Shown: piece after piece, positions 1 to 11,959 of the stretch
How positions within the stretch are numbered: position 1 is the stretch's first letter
How the letters are laid out: every line of letters starts with the position of its first letter
Source: Dendrobates tinctorius
Taxonomy: Eukaryota
Reading direction: 5' to 3'
NCBI RefSeq assembly: GCF_039654945.1
Contig: NW_027361844.1
Location: 19,282,001 to 19,346,000, forward strand
DNA length: 64,000 nucleotides
Position numbers and translations under genes: made by a program
Notes under the pieces: generated by a model
The model's input: only the letters and a program-made list of their open reading frames with translations
Told to the model about the DNA's origin: nothing
Database searches by the model: none

Positions 1-370
1 CCTCCTGATGTATAGACATATATTTTGAATGTGTACGCTATCCATACATGTTATCCGGGGATACCGTACCCTTTCTCACCTTTGTGCAATCACGTGCAAG
101 CCATACTGGGCCTAACACCGTCTGAGCCTGCCTCCTGATGTATAGACATATATTTTGAATGTGTACGCTATCCATACATGTTATCCTGGGATACGGTACC
201 CTTTCTCACCTTTGTGCAATCACGTGCAAGCCATACTGGGCCTAACACCGTCTGAGCCTGCCTCCTGATGTATAGACATATATTTTGAATGTGTACGCTA
301 TCCATACATGGTATCCTGGGATACGGTACCCTTTCTCACCTTTGTGCAATCACGTGTAATCCATACTGGG
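1..370. repeat. 130-bp tandem array (3' internal array of the hAT element)
   Basis: CCTCCTGATGTATAGACATATATTTTGAATG recurs at 1, 131 and 261. Same unit as 35581-36243. Confidence 0.95.
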
Positions 371-480
371 CGTGAGAACGGCTGGCGAGCTGTTAAGCAA
401 GCTACAGCACCTGTGGTTTGCACACGTAAGTTTTTCATTTTTTCAGGAATGATGGTTAGGCCTAATTCCGGAACTGCGGT

Positions 481-951
481 TGACCTGCACTTACTGGGAA
501 ATCATCGTTCGCGGGTAATAATTGTAATCAGTGATCCCCATCACTAACGTTGTTCAGCGGGTTATCTGCACCTGTAAGCGACAAACGCTGGCCTTTTCAG
601 TGTAGCGCACATGCAGCCACGGACATGTAAGGGCATGACACACCAGTTATTGGCCAATCTCATGTGCCAGAGCCTCACGTGTCCCCTAGTAAGCCGGACT
701 CGGACCGCGGGGCATGACGGAGTCTCGTTCATTAACGGAATTAAGCTTGCAATGTGTGCATCTGCTCTGTAGCTGGCATGGTTGAGGTTTCCCAGGTGGA
801 GTCGAATTTAACCGTAGGCTCCACTCCTGGTGGTGCCCTTCTGGACATTCCTTTAAGGTTCAGCTTTGCAACCATACTGCCCACGTAAAACAAACACTTT
901 GCCTTCATGAACGCTGTTTGGAGGGTCATGACTCGTGGGAATAACGCCGCC
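481..951 (-). pseudogene. RNA18S: Diverged 18S rRNA gene fragment carried inside hAT copy 1
   Basis: The + strand matches the reverse complement of vertebrate 18S (recalled) in colinear blocks: TGACCTGCACTTACTGGGAA; TCAGTGTAGCGCACATGCAGCCACGGACATGTAAGGGCAT; GAGTCTCGTTCATTAACGGAATTAA; GGCTCCACTCCTGGTGGTGCCCTTC..TTCCTTTAAGGTTCAGCTTTGCAACCATACT; GGGAATAACGCCGCC. Many substitutions and deletions. Confidence 0.92.
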
Positions 952-2196
952 CAATCAGTTAACCTGCTAGAGAGATCCTTCGTTGCTCCCAAGCATGACA
1001 TCACACTCCCTAGGAGGAAGGTAATGCCACTGTGGCGACCGTACTCCTGGGGGCGACACAAGTGCACTGATGCCCAGCCACTGCTCGATGAATCTGCTAG
1101 TACATTGACCCAGACCACTACATTCCCCTCGAACGCTACACGGCCTGAATCTGACCCTGATGAAACTCAGGTTACCCTTCCCATATACAGTTCCATCTTA
1201 CACGGTGACAAAGAGGAAGCTGCAGATGAAAGTGCAGGTTCGGCCCACCCGCCATCAGACACACCACCGTACTATAAGGGGCCCTGTGCCAGTGCCGTCG
1301 CCAACGAGTGGGCCCCCCTGCTTGCTCAGGATCACAGCACTTGCAAGGTTGAAATACTGTGCAGTGAGATGGAAGATGGGGACGACGAGGAGTCCAGACT
1401 AGTACAGGGATTCCCTAGCGAGGAGACTTATTTGATTGTTTTCAATGTTGGGACAGCAATTTTTGGGGAGCACTATACTCTGGAGAATGATAGATGGGGC
1501 CCACCATACACTGGAACATTCCAAAGGTGGACATCAGACACTGGAGCAGCATTTACAGGGCCCATTATACACTAGAGCATTAGAAATGGGGCCCATTTTG
1601 TTTGGAGCATTATTTGGGCCCATAAGACAGTGGAGCTTCATCCATGGGGACCAACATATACTGTAGCATTATGTGGAGCTCATCATATACTGTTTCAAAC
1701 ATTATATGGGACCAATGATTCTGTATGGAGAAATAGATGGGCCTCGTCATGAGATGTAAAAAGTGAAGTATTTTTCATTGTACTATACCGCTATTTCTCT
1801 GCCGTATCGGAGCATGATGAGTTGTGGTATGTGTTAAAGGGGCGCTCTTTCGCCCAGGGCACATGAAAACCTGGAGCCAGCCCTACCCCCCCACAACTTT
1901 AGCCAAATAACCCCCATTTTTCAGTGCGTAACTTGTATTATGAAGTTAATAAAGGTTATCAAGCTTAAGTAAGAAGAATTGATGCTTTTGGCATTCAAAT
2001 GGGCACTGTAGGTGTGTTTCCGGTCCTCCTCTCACTGCCGACTTTTATTCCCCATTGACTTACATTGGGTTTCGTGTTTCGGGACGACCCCGACTTTTCC
2101 CTATAATCGGCCGATCTTGCTCGACCCGACTTTTGGAAAAGTCGGGTTTCACGAAACGAAACTCGACCCTAAAAAACCAAAAGTCGCTCAACTCTA

Positions 2197-4189
2197 GTAA
2201 AAATGTGAGGTGCCCAGCGCTGGGTCCGTGCCGGACGTGGGCCTAGCCTCTCATCCATGATGGCAACTGGAGAGATCAAGAGGCTCAGTCGCAGAGGCGG
2301 AAGACCAGAGGATGGTCTGGCTAGGTGGAGTAGAGGGCCATGGCGGGGGACAGCCTTTGTCGTCAAAGGCTGCAATGGACTCACCACGGTAGATCTAGGT
2401 AGCCCTACCGTGCCCATCCCGGGTATGACGTATCCCTCCGCAGACACTGCAAGGCCCTCTGGCTCCTATTGACGCAGTTCCAGTCGGATCCTCTCTTCCG
2501 GTTCAGGCTCTTCCGGGGCTGTCGCTGAATCTGGTCCCCGTCGGCGCTGCAACGCTGGGTCCGGGTACAAAGGTTCCGGCTCTCCAAGTTGCTCCAGTCA
2601 TCATGGACGTCTCATTTCTGTGTCCCATGGATTCGCCGAGGAGGTTCCGTTTTCCAGACGGTGGTCCGACCCCGGCAGCCACCGAGGTCCTTCAATTTCA
2701 GGTATGGGGTGCACTCCAGTGGCATTGCTTCGCTGTCACTCAGGTTGGGTGCGCACCTCTTCCTGCTGCCACTTCCACTCGATGCAGCCTACTCCTCTGC
2801 AGTGAAGTGCGCAAGAGTAATGCATCACTGCTGGCGCCGTTTCCCATAATGATGTCGTGCAGCTGCACAAAAAATTTTCTTCTGCACCCCACCCATTCCA
2901 GGGTGGGGTCGACTCCTGCAGTTCCACCCATTCCCTCGCAATCTGGTTTAGGAAGTGTGGTGCTAATGGCTCTCGATGCACCCTCCAGGGGCAGTTCCAG
3001 GGACGTCTCCTGGCAGGTTTTTGTGCCATTTCAGCGCTGTCACGCCCACAAAGGATGAAGTCACATTGGTTGTCTTCTTCTTAGGCACCATTTTCCACCA
3101 TCTTCATGGCCGCCATCTTTTTCAGCAAATCATCAGTCCCAATCATTTCTGACAAATCCAGGATTCCAGTCACATCTAGAAAATCCTCGGTTCTTTCCTT
3201 TCTGGTCACATCATCTTTTCTTGTCACATCACTTTCATTACTCATAGCACTCACACGCTGCACGGTTTCGGCATCCTGCCAACTATGCCAAGTGTGAAGG
3301 AGGTACAGGGCGGTAGTCATGGCTGATAGCATTTGCATTAGCGTGCCCTGCCCTCCAGTAACATACACATACTGGCCATACCTCTGCATACCTGTGGCTT
3401 CTTCACCAGCCCCGTCGGGGTCCTCTGTCCGTTCCTGGAGGCATTCTGGGTCCGATTTGGTACAAAATGAGCCACAGTCCAATTCAACTTTCAAACAGGT
3501 AACTTTACTGATTCTGGTACACAGCATATTCGTATTCTTTCCAGTATCAAGATCAGGTGTCACAATGTGCAACTCCTCCTCTGTCCATGTCCTTCTCTCT
3601 CTGTCACTAAGCTCAGTTCCGGGACGGACCTTTCGATCCCACAGCGTCCTCTCTGTTCAGCCTTACTCCATTTGGGGACTCCCTCAGCCATATTGCCCCA
3701 GTTCTGAGGGCATCAGCCCATGCAATAAGCTGCCACATCATGAGTGACCTGCTTAGTCTTCTCTAGCACCTGCAGTCCCACTAATACTGCATCACTAGCA
3801 CTGTTGTTGTTTCTCCTTCTGGTGAGGTCCTGGCCACGAGTACTATATGGCTGGGCAATAACCTTTTGTAACATTGCATAGCACGGTGTTGCCAAGGGCT
3901 AGTTAGCTCAAGTGAGCTGCACGGGCACCCTGGCCCCAACTGACTTCTATAAGGAAGTTCTTACTACCTTATCTACCATGTCCCTCCTATCTTAACTATT
4001 TGCACTAATATTACTACCACTAAAATGTACCCCCATCTTGTGGCTAAACTTGGATACTACACTCACCCTACCAGTACAACAACATACACACATAAATATA
4101 TATATATATTACATAGATATACATCCTTTATACATCCAGCAGCAATAAATACAACTTAAGGGGTTAGCGAGACATTACAACCCCTTACA
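2197..4189 (-). mobile_element. Degenerate LTR retrotransposon: LTR ~3358-4189 plus gag-like internal remnant, interrupted by hAT copy 1
   Basis: - strand begins TGTAAGGGG at 4189. Internal region has broken ORFs and a degenerate zinc knuckle CSVCGGIRHTRDGH (~2410-2451, - strand). Confidence 0.55.
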
Positions 4190-4561
4190 CCTGTACCCGA
4201 ACCAGCTCTGCCTGTGCCTACTCCTCATCTTGACCCGTCTGAACCTGCACCTGTGATCCCGTATCTCTGGCCGTCCCATGTAACTGAACCTACACTGCTT
4301 GTGCCTTTTCCTGCATCTGTCTACCAGCCTCATAACTCCTGCTAACCAGTTTCTGGCTGGTTCTACTACCATGTCCCCTTGGGGGGTTAGCTGCCATATC
4401 TCTGGGGTCCGTCCTGGAGTAGCACCTGGCATCTACCTGGGTTCAAGTGCAACCTCACCATCAGGGGCTCTAGTGAAGAATTAGGTGTTTGCTTAGTTAC
4501 GCCCAGGCTCCAAGCTTTCCCCTGACTGTTGCACAGTGGTTCCACAACCACGTGCATAACA
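4190..4561 (+). mobile_element. 3' portion of an LTR
   Basis: C/T-rich LTR-like sequence ending ...GCACAGTGGTTCCACAACCACGTGCATAACA (TAACA terminus). Confidence 0.4.
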
Positions 4562-4569
4562 GATAGATC

Positions 4570-4613
<44 letters not shown>
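4561..4613. repeat. (GATA)n microsatellite
   Basis: Direct reading, about 13 units. Confidence 0.95.
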
Positions 4614-4809
4614 CGTAGACAGATGTCAAAGAAGTCAAAATAAGAACAGCACACGAGAAGAGCTATTTGGGTGCAAAAGCCCCCCAATTATTTACCAAAC
4701 CTTCAATATACGGTAAATCCAAAAGATTGGAGACAGCACAACATTCAGATGAAGAAAAGCTTCTTATTTAATGGCCCAACATGGATTGACAGATCTCTGC
4801 CTACATGTA

Positions 4810-5047
4810 CAATGGTTTGCACTGTAACCTGGGGTTCGGGGTTCAAATCCCACCCAGAACAACATCTGCAATGAGTTTGTATGTTCCTCTTGTGTTTGTG
4901 TGGGTTTCCTCCGGGTTCTCCGGTTTCCTCCCACGCTCCAAAGACATACTGATAGGGAATGTAGATTGTGAGTCCCAATGGGGACAGTTATGACATCTGT
5001 AAAGTGCTGTGGAATTAATGGTGCTATATAAGTGAGCAAAATAAATA
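4810..5047 (+). mobile_element. V-SINE with L2-like 3' tail
   Basis: B-box-like GGTTCAAATCCC; V-domain GAGTTTGTATGTTC..GTGTGGGTTTCCTCCGGGTTCTCCGGTTTCCTCCCAC; tail TGTAAAGTGCTGTGGAATTAATGGTGCTATATAA resembling the local L2 3' ends. Confidence 0.75.
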
Positions 5048-5863
5048 TGTTTCAGTATATATTGTATTAATTAGAAAATAAATAATATTGGTGAATCATT
5101 CACTTAAATAGATAATGTACCTCTCGTCTACACAGGGATTGTTCACCAATATATTGACCTTATGTGACAAGTAGAAGCTGCATTGATGATTTAGAATCAT
5201 CCAGCAACTAGACTGGTGAAAATTTTTAATGGAGACAGTGAGTGGTTAGAACAACCCCAGGGTATTCTGGGAAAGTGGTTGTTGTGTTAGGGACCTGCAG
5301 AGTCTCCTGTCAGACTGTCCACCTCACTGCATGATGAAGGTATAGTGCTACTCTATGAAAATACACTATGTGTGAAGAGAAATTGTCTGTGAAGAGACTT
5401 TCATATCTGTTTGCAAAGAGAAGTGATTCTGTGTGATGGAAAGAATCTTGATTAAAACCTTATAATCAACCTCTGCCTGGAAGCTGTTACCTCACATGAC
5501 TGTGAAAGATTCTAATTAATGGTCGTCCTGAGTAAAATTCCTTCAAGATTCCAAAGAACTCATGTTCCCTTGTCCAGCCTTCATATACTGAGGAGCGGGC
5601 ATACAACACAATCTACGTACAGTTGTCATCTCTTGTATGAGTCGTCGCTGCGCTCTTGGGGTATTTTTGGTCTGTCGGCCACTCCTAGGAAGGTTCACCA
5701 CTGTTTCTTTTTTTTTCCATTTGGGGCTCTCACTGTGGTTCACTGGAGTCCCAAAGCTTGAGAAATGGCTTTATAGACGTTTCCATACCGATAGGTCTCA
5801 ATAACTTTGTTGCTCATTTGTTCGAGAATTTCTTTGGATCATGGCAGGATGCCTAACCTTTAA

Positions 5864-8731
5864 CCTCTTCCCGACCGCCCACAGTAGATAAATGTTGGTG
5901 CTTGCTGGGCTTTGTGCAGCGCCGACGTTTATCTACTGTCGGCGGTTTTGTGCCCCCCGGGACCCCCACATACCTTACAACGCGGGGATCCCGGTGCACA
6001 ATGCATGCTGGGACCCCCGACGTCATCGAGACCTGATTGGTTCAGGTCCTGATGACCACAGCGTCACAGCAGCCAATGGGAGCGATCGCTGGGAAAGCTG
6101 CTTGTTTCCCGGCGATCTCACTCATTGTAACGCGGCTTCTCCTCTGATCTAACATTGACAGATGATCAGAGGTGAAGCAGCGTTACTGTGTGACTAGATC
6201 GCTGCCTGGCACAGCTGATCGCTGCCTGGCACAGCTGTGCCAGGCAGCGATCTTGTCACACAGTAACGCTGCTTCACCTCTGATCATCTGTCATTGTGAG
6301 ATCAGAGGAGAAGTCGCGTTATTATGTGCCAGGCAGCGATCTTGTCACATAGTAACGCTGCTTCACCTCTGATCATCTGTCAGTGTGAGATCAGAGGAGA
6401 AGTGGCGTTACTATGAGTCAGATCGCAGGGCAGCGATCTTGTCACAAAAAGAAAAAAAAGTAAAGAAAAAAAAGCAGGTACGCAGGTTAGGGCTAGGGTT
6501 AGGGTTAGGGCTAGGGTTAGGGTTAGGGCTAGGGCTAGGGTTAGGGCTAGGGTTAGGGCTAGGGCTAGGGCTAGGGCTGGGATTAAGGTTATGGGTGTGT
6601 TGGTGTTAGGTTTGTGGTTAGGGTTATGGTTACGGCTGAGATTAGGGTTAGGGGTGTGTTGGGGTTAGGGTTGGAATTAGAATTGGGGGTTTCCACTGTT
6701 TAGGTACATCAGGGGCTCTGTAAATGCAATATGACGCCCGCAGACCATTCCATCAAAGTCTGCATTTCAGAGCGTCACTACTTCCCTTCGGAGCCCCTCC
6801 GTGTGCCCAAACAGTAGTTTTCTCCCACATATGGGGTACCAGCATACTCAGGACAAATTGGACAACAACTCTTAGGGTCCAATTTCTCCTGTTACCCTTG
6901 TGAAAATAAAAATTGGGGGCTAAAAGATCATTTTTGTGGAAAAAAAATGATTTTTTTATTTTCATGCCTCTACATTATAAACTTTACTGAAACACTTGGG
7001 GGTTCAAAGTGCTCACCACACATCTAGATAAGTTCCTTGGGGGGTCTAGTTTCCAAAATGGGGTCACTTGTGGGGGGTTTCCACTGTTTAGGTACATCAG
7101 GGGCTCTGCAAACGCAACATGACACCCGCAGACCATTCCATCAAAGTCTGCATTTCAGAACATCACTACTTCCCTTCCGAGCCCCACCGTGTGCCCAAAC
7201 AGTAGTTTTCTCCCACATATGGGGTACCAGCGTACTCAGGACAAATTGGACAACAACTCTTAGGGTCCAATTTCTCCTGTTACCCTTGTGAAAATAAAAA
7301 TTGGGGGCTAAAAGATCATTTTTGTGAAAAAAAAATGATTTTTTTATTTTCACGCCTCTACATTATAAACTTTACTGAAACACTTGGGGGTTCAAAGTGC
7401 TCACCACACATCTAGATAAGTTCCTTGGGGGGTCTAGTTTCCAAAATGGGGTCACTTGTGGGGGGTTTCCACTGTTTAGGTACATCAGGGGCTCTGCAAA
7501 CGAGACATGACACCCGCAGACCATTCCATCAAAGTCTGCATTTCAGAACGTCACTACTTCCCTTCCGAGCCCCACCGTGTGCCCAAACAGTAGTTTTCTC
7601 CCACATATAGGGTAACAACGTACTCAGGACAAATTGGACAACAACTGTTGGGGTCCAATTTCTCCTGTTACCCTTAGGAAAATAAAAATTGGAGGCTAAA
7701 AGATCATTTTTGTGGAAAAAAAATGATTTTTTTTATTTTCACAGCTCTACATTATAAACTTTAGTGAAACACTTGGGGTTCAAAGTGCTCACCACACATC
7801 CAAATAAGTCCCTTGGGGGGTCTAATTTCCAAAATGGGGTCACTTGTGGGGGGTTTCCACTGTTTAGGTACATCAGGGGCTCTCCAAATGCGACATGGCA
7901 TCCGATCTCAATTCCAGCCAATTCTGCATTGAAAAAGTCAAACGGCACTCCTTCCGTTCTGAGCTCTGCCGTGTGCTCAAACAGTGGTTTAGCCCCACAT
8001 ACGGGGTATTGGCGTATTCGGGAGAAATTGCACAAAAAATTTTGCGGTTCATTTTCTCTTTTTACACTTGTGAAAATAAAAAAATGGTTTTGAAGTAAAA
8101 TGTTTGTGAAAAAAAGTTAAATGTTTATTTTTTCCTTCCATATTCCATTCATTCATGTGAAGCACCTGAAGGGTTAATAAACTTCTTGAATGTGGTTTTG
8201 AGTACATTGAGAGGTGCAGTTTTTAGAATGGTGTCACTTTTGGGTATTTTCTGTCATATTGACCCCCCAATCTCACTTCAAATGTGAGGTGGTCCCTAAA
8301 AAAAATGGTAATGCAAATTTTGTTGTAAAAATGAGAAATCGCTGGTCAAATTTTAACCCTTATAACTTCCTAAAAAAAAAAATTATGTTTCCAAAATTGT
8401 GCAGATGTAAAGTAGACATGTGGGAAATGTTATTTATTAACTATTTTGTGCGATATCACTCTCTGATTTAAGGGCATAAAAATTAAAAGTTTGAAAATTG
8501 CAAAATTTTCTAAATTTTTGCCAAATTTCGATTTTTTTAACAAATAAGCGCAGATCATATCTAAAAAATTTTACCACCATCATGAAGTACAATATGTCAT
8601 GAGAAAACAATGTCAGAATCAGTAGGATCCGTTGAAGCGTTCTAGAGTTATGACCTCATAAAGTGACACTGATCAGAATTGAAAAAATTGGCCCGGTCAC
8701 GAAGGCAAAAACAGGCTCGGGTGCGAAGGGG
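5864..8731 (-). mobile_element. Non-autonomous piggyBac-like element (TTAA TSD), opposite orientation to relatives at 53189 and 60071
   Basis: TTAA|CCTCTTC...GAAGGGG|TTAA. Contains a ~388-bp tandem unit (markers at ~6686, 7075, 7463, 7851), a telomere-like tract and internal inverted repeats (6090-6450). No transposase. Confidence 0.8.
6487..6670 (+). repeat. Interstitial telomere-like repeat (TTAGGG/CTAGGG)n
   Basis: About 15 hexamers at 6487-6580, then degenerate copies. Confidence 0.9.
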
Positions 8732-9177
8732 TTAAGGATCTTTTGGTCTACTTTGCTTTGTTAGGCAGGTCCTATTTAAGTGATTTCTTGATTTAGAACA
8801 GGTGTGGCAGTAATGAGGCCTGGATGCGGCTAGGGAATTTGAACTCACAAAGATGTGATAACCACAGTTAATTTATGTTTTAATGGGGGGCAATAACTTT
8901 TTCACACAGAGCCCTGTAGGTTTGGATTTCTTTTACCCATAACAATAAAGACCTTCATTTAGAAACTGCATTTTGTGTTTACTTGTGCTATCTTTGTCTA
9001 ATATTTTAAATTGTTTGGTGATCTGAAACATTTAAGTGTGACAAACATGCAAAAAAATAGGAAATCAGGAAGAGGGTAAACACTTTTTCACACAACTGTA
9101 TAATTAAACAGCACCCATAAAAATTATGTTGCAGACATCACTCATATAAATTCATTTTTACATAATGCTAACGATGA

Positions 9178-9386
9178 ATCCACAGTATATCTACAGTATA
9201 TCCAAGGGGATATATTGAATGATTTATTGAAAAGGTTTACAGAGTCAACGCGTTTCAAGGCCACGCAGGACCTCTTCTTCAGGACAGAAACCTCGATGAA
9301 GAGGTCCTGTATGGCCTCGAAACGCGTTGACTCTGGAAATCTTTTCAATAAATCATTCAATATATCCCATTGCATATACTGTGGAA
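9178..9386. repeat. ~100-bp-arm inverted repeat, each arm with a Penelope-type minimal hammerhead-like motif
   Basis: Arms are reverse-complementary around a loop at 9284-9290. Motifs: CTGAAGAAGAGG..CCTTGAAACGCGTT (-) and CTCGATGAAGAGG..CCTCGAAACGCGTT (+). Confidence 0.7.
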
Positions 9387-10475
9387 TTATCATTGACAGT
9401 GCATGAGTGGCACCTCCATTACATTGTCTTCATCCAATTTGGTCCTTTCAAGATCGGTGTCCTTGCAAAAGCCGTGTGATAATCATATATGCGAGATGCA
9501 CATTGCTTTGATGCATCAATACTAGGTGAGTGGATTCCCTTCCTTCACACCTCATTTGTTATCAGTTAAGACCCTATTGCGCTCTCTTTTTCCAGTTTTC
9601 TCTACTCCCAAGACTTGTGACTGTGACATTATTGATGAATCTGCTCCATGATGTGCATGGTATTTGCACTGCATAGCATATTCTTCCATCAGCAATGTCC
9701 ACAACAACAGACAGACCTTTAAAGTGTAATATTTATGCCTTTTCCATCATATAATTGTACACAGGGTTTTGTATAGCGTAATAATGAGCAATGAAAGCTA
9801 CTGTAAAGGTTATTATAGCAGTAGATATCATGAAAAGAAAATGTTGATGACATTTATTGACCTTTTGGAGGTCTCAGACCTTCTGCTCCTGAGTTGTACT
9901 AGCTGAAACCATCAAGAGCAGTAGTTGTGGCAGACTAGCGACAGATCAGGTGCCCGAGGAGATAGCTTTACATTTATTTTCTTCATTGTGTTCATGTAAA
10001 AAGCATAAAAATCACATTAAATATGATGTCAAGTTAAGCTAAAAAGTAAAAAAATAAATGTAAGAAGCGAAAATCTACCTTAGGTTGAAATCCGCTATAA
10101 TATGTGTCATCTAGCTAAACTATATTGTCACAATGAATATATTTTGTGCACGGAAATCGCTATGTTGCTGGAGTCTGAATGCCATCAAGTTCACATGAAA
10201 AGCCTTAGAGCAGATGTGTATATAGATCAGTATTAAAGAAAAAATTAATAATGTTTCTGCAGGCTACGGAAGGGCCGGAAATAAGTGCCAGATGAAGAGC
10301 ACATTTGTCATCTCTTCATAGCATGGCATGCAGTTTGTTACACAGCAGGTACAGCTGGTCTATTAGAAGGTGACATCAGACTTGAGTTTGACGTACTATG
10401 CATTGAAAAGGTAGTAATTTAAAAACAATATTCACCCATTGTATCTAGTGGTGCTGCCTGCTCCACGGCCATGTT

Positions 10476-10516
10476 CCCCAACGTGCGTTTCGCGTCGATA
10501 TCGCTTCCTCAGGGGG
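10476..10516 (-). ncRNA. Minimal type I hammerhead ribozyme motif (Penelope-like element remnant)
   Basis: - strand CCCC-CTGAGGA-AGCG ATATCGA CGC-GAAAC-GCAC-GTT-GGGG. Core CUGANGA, stem II, GAAA, short stem III, NUH triplet and stem I are all present. Confidence 0.65.
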
Positions 10517-11959
10517 CGTCACACGAGTCTGTTGTCACCTTCTTCCTATAACCATGTATCAGTATCTACCTTGTAATTGTAATTATTTGATATTATTTGA
10601 TAGTACACTTTGATATTTTTTAGCAGATTCTGACTCTAGTCCTCTCTGTTATGTATTTTTTAAAATCTGGCCAAGTACAGGCTGCCCTGTGCTGTCTACA
10701 TTTCAGAGGCGAATGCTACTTCCACAGCAGCCATGATCGTCATAATTTGGGCCCCTTTAAGCGGCTATCTTCATCACCTTTCAGGTGAAGTTTCTTTTTT
10801 TCTGCTCTAATCTGTCTTTGTTTTTTCCTGAGTGAAGGGAATGAGAGGAATGTACCACCTATATCTTTATACATGATCTGTTTTATTGTAACCTTTTTTT
10901 ATTTTATTCTATTTACTATATATGATAATAGAGGCCGCCATTTTGCCTGAGCTGCTGGTAACGACCTTTGGAGATTTACATTGCAGCAGCCACAATGGCC
11001 ATAGACAACAATAGACCAGAGCTGATCTTTAACCTCTGTAGGAGAGTTTTCTATGCATGTTCTGTGTCCTATGTCTACATTGTGGTCAGTGCGCAGGGAA
11101 GGTGAGCTCTGACCATTACCTATTGCGGGTTGTGGATCATTTAGAACTACACATAGTTCATACATTTTTTTACTGTATAGGTATAAAAATATGTAACTTT
11201 ATGTTACCAGTTCAATTTACATGTAAAGAAGATGAATACTATTTACTGTAGATCTTTGCACAGAGAAAATTCCCCAATACTTAGAGCAGTGTAACCTGTG
11301 GCTCTCAGATAAGGTTTCTACCTGCCATACTACAGGTTGTGAATAGTGATGAGCTACCGTGCTCAGATAAGGTGTTATCATGCTCGTGTGCTAACCGAGT
11401 GTCTTCGGCGTGCTCTATTAATATGCTCGAGTCTCCGTGGCGGCATGTCCTGTGCTGTTCGGCTGTTAAACAGGCAATCACTGCATTTTTTGCAGCTGTC
11501 TAACAGCCGCGAGACATGCAGCCGCAATATATCCATAAAACTCAAATGCAAAAGTGATGATCTGTATAGGATTCTATTTTTTTTGTACACTCATAGATTT
11601 GAATTGGCAAATATTATTCAAAAATGCAGAAGAGAATAGTGTGAGTTGCTCAGTCCTTTAGCCCCCGGTCTTGATGATTGACATGTTTCTCCTGGGTATG
11701 CACATAGGAAGAGACCTGTTAATCACCAAGCATGGTGACTAGTCTAGTCTCTGCCTATGTTTCCCGGTCAAATCTCCAAACTATATTTTGGAGCATATAT
11801 ATACCGTATATGGTTGTAATCGTGCAGCCAGGCTCTGAGTCATGCTTCCTGCGGTTTGGGCAACATAAATCAGCAGAAAGGTTCCTTTTAAAGGGGATAT
11901 CCTGGACTATGTTTTTATTTTTTTTACTATTGCTCTAAAATCTAATAGGCAGGTATTTA

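Larger units (their letters stand above)
1..2196 (+). mobile_element. 3' part of hAT DNA transposon copy 1 (same family as 29201-38073), truncated by window start
   Basis: Colinear and near-identical with ~35870-38073 (offset ~35873). Ends in the TIR TCGCTCAACTCTA at 2184-2196. Flank GTAAAAAT differs from that of copy 2. Confidence 0.95.
5560..9098 (-). mobile_element. 5' part of a Tc1-like element, split by the piggyBac-like insertion at 5864-8731
   Basis: Terminus TA|CAGTTGTGTGAAAAAGTGTTT on - strand at 9098. N-terminal transposase remnant TVVNLPRSGR..TPRAQRRLIQE at 5543-5743. Confidence 0.75.

Noticed and set aside
481-951. Functional 18S rRNA gene or rDNA unit
   Set aside because: Only ~470 bp, with substitutions in conserved positions and deletions. 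No 5.8S/28S or spacer context.
741-1118. 125-aa - strand ORF (and its twin 36615-36992) containing SMVAKLNLKG..RAPPGVEP
   Set aside because: Spurious translation of the 18S rRNA-derived sequence, not a protein.
907-1575. 222-aa + strand ORF
   Set aside because: A mosaic of the 18S tail, the duplicated transposase fragment and short repeats. It is frameshifted in the sister copy (36781-37450).
6385-6609. ORF with (LG)n; possible chromosome end
   Set aside because: Translation of an internal TTAGGG/CTAGGG tract within a TTAA-flanked element.
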